Source: Eimeria praecox (Eukaryota). From it: a DNA stretch of 64,000 nucleotides. The DNA lies in the NCBI GenBank assembly GCA_963920595.1, contig OY986947.1, positions 3,658,001-3,722,000 of the forward strand, given 5' to 3'. Shown in pieces: positions 57,449 through 64,000 of this stretch (positions are counted from its first letter, which is position 1; every line of letters begins with the position of its first letter). The notes beneath the pieces are model-generated. The model searched no databases and was not told the DNA's origin. It saw nothing but the letters and a program-made list of their open reading frames with translations. The translations under genes were made by a program, and so were the position numbers.

Positions 57449-58132
57449 TTAATCAAACAAAGACAAGCCCATATCACCATCCTCCTCTTCTTCGGGTTCT
57501 TCTTTCTTCTGTTCTTTTGCTGCTGCAGCACCACCTGCAGCAGGAGCAGCAGCAGCAGCAGGTGCTGCAGCAACAGCTCCGCCTGCAGGAATGCTCTGTA
57601 GCTTCTCCATGCCAGCAGCTATCATCTGCACACACATAACAGCAGCAACACAAGCAAACACTGTCCTTACTGCTGCTGCTGCTGCTGTTGCTGCTGCTGT
57701 TGCTGCTGCTGCTGTTGCTGCTGCTGCAGCAGCGGCAGGGGAGACGCAGCAACGTCTGTCCACAGAAAGCCCTAAACCCTAAACCCTAAATATTAAATAT
57801 GAAGTTTAAATATATAAAGAAAGAAAGATAATGAGGGTGTGGGGCTGAAAGTGCCGCATGCATGGAGATCTGCTGAATATATAGGTAGGGTTTATGTAGG
57901 GTTTAAGTAGGGTTTGTTTAGGGTTTAGGGTTTAGGGTTTAGGGTTTAGGGTTTATTTGGGGTTTACTTCATGTGCTGTTTTTCCTTGCATAGCAGCAAG
58001 TAAGGCATTAACAACCTGCTCGTCTACGTCTCCTCCTACAGCCTGTATTGTTGTAGATATATCTTTGAAGGATGGCGTCTCCTTCCCCGCTAGCACACTC
58101 ATAAGATATGCAGCTACATATTTCATCGCCAT
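57449..58132 (-). CDS. RPLP2: 60S acidic ribosomal protein P2 (113 aa, 2 exons)
   Basis: Exons 58132-57968 ([21 protein letters not shown]...GKTAHE) and 57625-57449 ([13 protein letters not shown]...[19 protein letters not shown]), joined by a phase-0 GT-AG intron. Confidence 0.97.
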
Positions 58133-58345
58133 CTTCGTTTGTTTGTTTGTGTTTATTTTATTTTTATTTTATTGTTTATACACGAGAAATGTGTATTTAA
58201 TTATATATATATGTATATATATATATTTATAGTTATATATATAAACAAACAAAGATGCAGAGGTATATATATATATACATATATACCTACAACGAAAGCC
58301 CCACACTTCAACAGAGAGAGAGAAAGAGCGTGGGGTTCATGCAGG

Positions 58346-58411
<66 letters not shown>

Positions 58412-58573
58412 ACCCTAAATATATATATATATATTAAACTTATTTATTTTTTATTGTTAATTTTCTTTAAATAAAATATACAGTCTGTAGATCGATTGCT
58501 TATCAGCACTACAACTGCTGCTGTAGTGCTGCTGCTGCTGCTGCTGCTGCTGCATCTGTTGCTGCCACTCATG

Positions 58574-58648
<75 letters not shown>

Positions 58649-58905
58649 TTGCTGTTGCTGCGGTGTATTCTGTGTATTTCAAACATATTCTGAATATATT
58701 TTTATTTTTAGAATACAATTAAAACATTATTTATTAAATTAAATACAGAAATCATACAACTAACAACTAGCAGGGCTCTACTATGTATGTCCCCTACTCT
58801 CCCCTCCAGGGCTGTATATATGGATTTAAACCGATTTTCTTGTTTTTCTTTATTTTTATAAAATATTTATTATTTGTTTGAAGGATAAGAACGAATAGTT
58901 TATTA

Positions 58906-58982
<77 letters not shown>

Positions 58983-59017
58983 AGCTGCAGCAACGATATA
59001 CGCAGAAAATAATGAGG

Positions 59018-59075
<58 letters not shown>

Positions 59076-59967
59076 TCCCTTCAACAGTCCCAGACCCTCG
59101 AGCAGCTCTGTCTATGAGGCGTAGAGGCTGCTACGGTTGCTGCTGCTATCCTCTGCTTCTTTGTATAAGGACTCCTTCTTCATATAGAACTGCCTCTCAT
59201 ACAGCTTCAGACAGCAATCTATTAATATCTAAAACCCTAGTTTCACACACTACAGGTGTTCTAAAGATATTAGATATCAATAGAGTCAAATGTTTGATGT
59301 TATTCACATACACAACATAAAAAAAAACAAACTACTCTCTCTGAGCATACTCGATACAACGGCTCAAATATCTGGGGGGTGATGGTGAGGAGAGAAGGAA
59401 ACAGATTGTATAATCTATGTGTGCAGCACATTTTGCTGCTGCTCCCCCTGCAAGACAGGCCCCCTATGTATGTATGAAAGAAGAGTGTATCTTTTAAGAG
59501 GCTTTCCTTTGATGGTTTTATCTACGCTTCAGACAACTAACTACTAAACACCAACTATCTAACCAGTTTACAACAAGTAGAGATATAATTTAGAAGCTTC
59601 AGATACTGCATGCTACAGAGCAGGAGTTGCAGTATTGCTTGCTGTATCTTCTACAACAACAAATCAACTGTAGAGAACAACAAACTTAAATATTGTTTTG
59701 ATGCTCTCCAGCAAAGCCATAAAATATTGTGAAGTACTTACCTTTCTATCAGTAGTCAACACGCTAATAAATATAGATAGATGTTCCTATTAACGAATGA
59801 GAGACCTGAGAGACCTGATACGAGGCCCCTCTCTTGTGTGTCTCCTCTTACGCTTCAACTCCTTACTCAGACCTGATCTTGCATACAAGCAAGCAGGGCC
59901 CCCTTCGGCGTGTATAATAAAAATGTAGTTGATTATTAAACACTTACTTGGCTTTCAGTAATTAATA

Positions 59968-59983
59968 TGCATGCATGCATGCA
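59968..59983. promoter_or_regulatory. (TGCA)4, overlapping TGCATGCA apicomplexan motifs
   Basis: TGCATGCA also occurs near 30424, 30787, 31807, 54950, 62114, 62433, 62623 and 63638. It is a known abundant apicomplexan octamer. Confidence 0.55.
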
Positions 59984-60429
59984 TCCTAACAAAGCACACT
60001 CTCTCTGCCTCCCTTCTCTCACGGAAGCTTTGTTTGCTTGCTTCTGGACTATCTATGGTGTAGGACACTCGCATCCAGAGCAAATTCAATATATTTAAAA
60101 AGATAGAATTAAATGATGAAGGATTGATGGAGGACCCTACAATTATTTGTTCTCTTTACTGCTATCAACAGCATGCGATTGCCTAAAGCCCCCCCGGTGG
60201 CGTCGTCTCGTGAGCAACTCAAAGTACCTCGGCAGCAAGTGTGAAGCCGTCGAAAGCCTTCATTTCTGTCAACTTCAGACACACACACAAAAGCCTCAAT
60301 CAGACTTGGTGGTGGTGGGGCCGGGGGTGGGGGGGGTGGGGGGGGGGGGGGGGAGGGGGAGGGTGGGCATGCACAGCGTCACAGAGCATCTGATGCCGGG
60401 GGAGTGGCATGCCCCCTAAGGAAGCCCAC

Positions 60430-61900
60430 TCGAAAAGCCTGCAAATAATAGAAGTGTGCTGTTGATATCGGCTTCGATTCGATTAGAGTTACACGGTAGT
60501 CGAAAGTATACACTCTCCTTAAACCCTGATAAGTATGGGTCTATAATGCTGAACGTCAGCCCCAAAGAAAACTGTGGTAGTCCTTACTGTGCTGATGGAG
60601 GCCACGGCTACATCAGAGAGAGGAAGGCTACGAGCTCGTAACGAATTGATTCGCGCAAGCTATCCTCAGAAACAAGCTAGGAGTCTCGGCTCCTTGTCCA
60701 TTAAATATAAAATATTGTTGGATTTAACCTCTCGCCGTCTCAGTTCCCTCTAAGTCGACTCTTTCGTTTTCGGAGGTATCGCATATATCTTTTAGGTGAG
60801 CTAACGATGAATCGTCTCTTTGAATGAAGTGTCTGCCATATAAATAAAGTTCGCCTTCTTCACACCCAAGCAGACCGCGCGGGAATCCTCTTTCAACAAC
60901 ACGCTCCTCTCTCAAAATCTTGAGAGAATTGTGAGCTTCCCGCCTCTCTTCAGGCACTTGCAGTATTGAATTATACAATCGAGTTCATCGCAGTGCTGCT
61001 CTCCTCTGTATAACCTGCGAACTGTGGTGGTGTTGAACGTCCTTGCTGCTCTCACTTCACTCGCGTTTGTTTGGAGGTGCTGTCAGCCCAAGCCCCAACA
61101 TGTATACGTCCTATCACCATATCAACTTCAAAATGTTTTTCTTCTTCCTGTGTTAGAACGATATAGACGGCATCCTCTCTCTTGTTGAAACAGAAGTACC
61201 TCTTCAGGTTTGCAAGCTTCTTTTACTGACCCCATAACTTCCTGTCTTTGTCTTTGCTGGTAGTCTTTGCTACACATCATCAGCTACCCCGCGATGAGTC
61301 ATTACTACACAGCGCTCAACTCCATCATGCGGGCTCTGTTTATTGAGGGCTTCTATTTCTCAATGTAGCTGTCTATCAAAACACTTGCTGGTTAGGCTCT
61401 CCTACTTGGTTATATCTTGCTTTCTTGTCAACTTGGGGACAAATTCATAGCACATCCCACGTATCTATCTAAAGCTTGCCTGACTCAGATCTTCTTCGAT
61501 AAAGGAGACAAGACACCCTTGATCATGTACAGCCACAGATGCTGTGCCTCGAGTGTATGTTGGAGAGGGAGAGGCCTTTCGGAGAAGCTTCGATCTCCTT
61601 CTCTTCCCCCACTTTGCAGTCCCTTCCATATGCGGGTGATCGATGGCGATGTAGGCATCTTTCTTTGTGAATGTGTCTTACCGTAGGCTGGATAGACTGC
61701 TGAGGCGACGCCAAACAAAGCAGAAGCCAGCGTAGCTCTCCTTCCTGTAACTGAGCAAATTCTTATTCATCTCAATAATACAAAGAGGCCAAGGGCTAAA
61801 CACCCCACAAATGCCAGGGGAAGGGTCTCTGAAAATAATTTCATCTTGATAGAAGGACATTAAAAACTAATCGCAGTTGTGGGGTCAGGCTCATATCTCG
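60430..61900 (-). mobile_element. Heavily decayed Ty3/gypsy-type LTR retrotransposon pol remnant
   Basis: On the minus strand, in pol order: RT-like SPW..K....FC....R....TKKDAY/SPSI (~61800-61620), then RNase H-end-like LYLYGRHFIQRDDSSLAHLK (~60850-60790; consensus YLxGRxFxLxTDHxSL). Many stops and frameshifts; no LTRs seen. Confidence 0.55.
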
Positions 61901-62636
61901 TGTCACCCACTCTTAAAGATACTGTGTAAGCAATGAGAGACTCTGGCTCTGATGAATCCAACGCCTAGCTACTGGGGATGCTGCGGGGGAGGAGGCTGCC
62001 TCTCCTTCTGTATCAGGCTCGTTCTCGTTTTAAGTAGGCGCATATATGCATGCGTACGTGTTGGCTGGTAGCTGGAAGCCAAACAACTATTCATCAGCCA
62101 GTTAATATGTTGATGCATGCATCGAAAGAGGGGTAGATATACTTTCGCTCTCAGTTGCCTTGGCCTTGGCGGGGGGGGTGCTGCAGCAGGGTTTGATTTA
62201 ACTGATGGCAGCCTTCCTCCTCTCCCAACTAACCTGTCTCCCCTATGCCCAGGGCCCCTAGACAGCAACACCTCTGTGAGGCGTATTATCGTGAGTGTTG
62301 TCAGTCTATCCCAGCTCACACACGATGACTCTAAGGTAAAGCTACGGGCCTTCGAGCTACACGAGGGCTTGTAGCCCGCTGCAGCTCCTCCCTCTGAAGC
62401 CAAACTATCCTAATAACCTCTAATCATATCGATGCATGCATAACAAACACCATATTATTTTGTTGATGCCCTAGCTGATGCTAAGGCCTCAACCCTCTAT
62501 GTTTAACCCCGAAGGCGATAGATTTAATCTGTAGTTTGTAATATGTAGTATAAATTTAATCTGTACTATGTACTATGTAAGGTAGATTTAATCCGTTATA
62601 TATATATCCTTCGCTATGGGGCTGCATGCACGTATT

Positions 62637-62820
62637 CGTGCAGCAGCAGCAGCAGCAGCAACATGCACAGATGGTGCAGCAGCAGCAGCAGCAACATGCA
62701 CAGATGGTGCAGCAGCAGCAGCAGCAGCAGCATGCACAGATGGTGCAGCAGCAGCAGCAGCATGCACAGATGGTGCAGCAGCAGCAGCAGCAGCAGCATG
62801 CCCACATGGTGCAGCAGCAG
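62637..62820. repeat. Compound repeat (GCA)n-CATGCACAGATGGT x5
   Basis: Read directly. Confidence 0.9.
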
Positions 62821-63364
62821 AACAAACTATCATCTGTATGAGCAAGTCTAACTAGAAGTAGTTAAGTGTGGCCTCCCTCGTATGTGTAGAGTGAGGAAGG
62901 CTAAAGAGTTACCTTCCTTAGCAGCAGAAAAAATTTATATTCAAAATATAATAAATATAATAAATAAACACAGATAAAAACAAAGACAAAACAGAGGAGG
63001 CTCTCCCCCCCCTACCCCCCACCCCCCCCCCCTTCCTCTTCCTTAGAAGGCCTTTCTCTCCTATTTGGAGACAGTCTCCTCATCCTGCAGAAGATTATTT
63101 TGATAGACTGTCTTTCGGGTGTATGGACAGCCTCTCAGTGAGAGGCTGTCCATACACCCGAAAGACAATCTACAGAGGAGGAGACAGTCTCTCAAGCTTG
63201 AACACACCCCACACCCCACCAAATAGACATAGCCTTCTCTCTCAAGAAAGAAGAAGTTAACAACAAAACAACAAACATGCAGCATCCCAGCACTTCACCT
63301 CTAAATTAAACTGTCTCCAAAGGCTGCAGCATGCACACTGAGCTGTCTCCAAAGGAGACAGTCC

Positions 63365-63493
<129 letters not shown>

Positions 63494-64000
63494 GAAGGAG
63501 GAGGACGAGGAGGAGGAGGAGGAGGCCCCCCCCCTTAGAAGACGACCTTCTCGTTAGGATCGATCCAGCTAATAACCTTAAGATTTTCCGTGTTGTGTAC
63601 TGTTACGTCAACGTCGACTCTCTTAGGGACAGGGTCTCTGCATGCAAGCATCCGAAGGCAGCTAGCCACAGCCTTCTAGCTAGCTAGCACTTCCCACCCC
63701 CCTGGCTTGCTATCTATCTATCTTCCTCGCTAAGTGGCTAGCTGGGATAGAGCTACCTAGCTACCTAGCTAGCTAGCTAGCTAGCTAGCTAGCTACCTAG
63801 CTAGCTAGCTATTTAGTCAGCTAGCTGTTCAGCTATCTACCTACCTAGCTACCTACCTAGCTAGCTATCTACCTACCTGCCTACCTAGCTAGCTAGCTAG
63901 CTAGCTAGCCAGGATGTTCGCTATCGAGCTAGCTACTGCTGGTGTTGATAAGGAGACTAGGAGAAAAGTGAGGGGCCCCACCGTCTGGCAGGGAGGGGAA

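Overview
Eukaryotic, intron-rich DNA typical of a coccidian apicomplexan, most likely Eimeria. The evidence is pervasive CAG/CTG trinucleotide repeats, interstitial TTTAGGG heptamers, TGCATGCA octamers and an ApiAP2 gene. Most ORF-track entries are repeat artefacts. Splicing by hand recovers several genes: the 3' part of an FAD-dependent monooxygenase-like gene (+), a complete 9-exon 298-aa NEK kinase (-), a small Sec61beta-like tail-anchored ORF (+), a very large ABHD17-like alpha/beta hydrolase (-), two low-complexity hypothetical ORFs (-), a two-AP2-domain protein with a mitochondrial-type N-terminus (-) and ribosomal protein P2 (-). A decayed Ty3/gypsy pol remnant lies in the repeat-poor right end. 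Two signals are invisible to the ORF track. (1) A same-strand cluster of four C/D box snoRNAs plus an H/ACA candidate at 36.2-37.3 kb; every recognisable guide targets 18S rRNA, and three of the four linkers lack any AG, which suggests a polycistronic, probably intronic cluster. (2) Repeated tandem duplication of coding/non-coding boundaries, giving arrays of CAG|GT sites in NEK introns that resemble recursive splice sites. Family assignments and rRNA numbering come from recalled motifs, not database searches.
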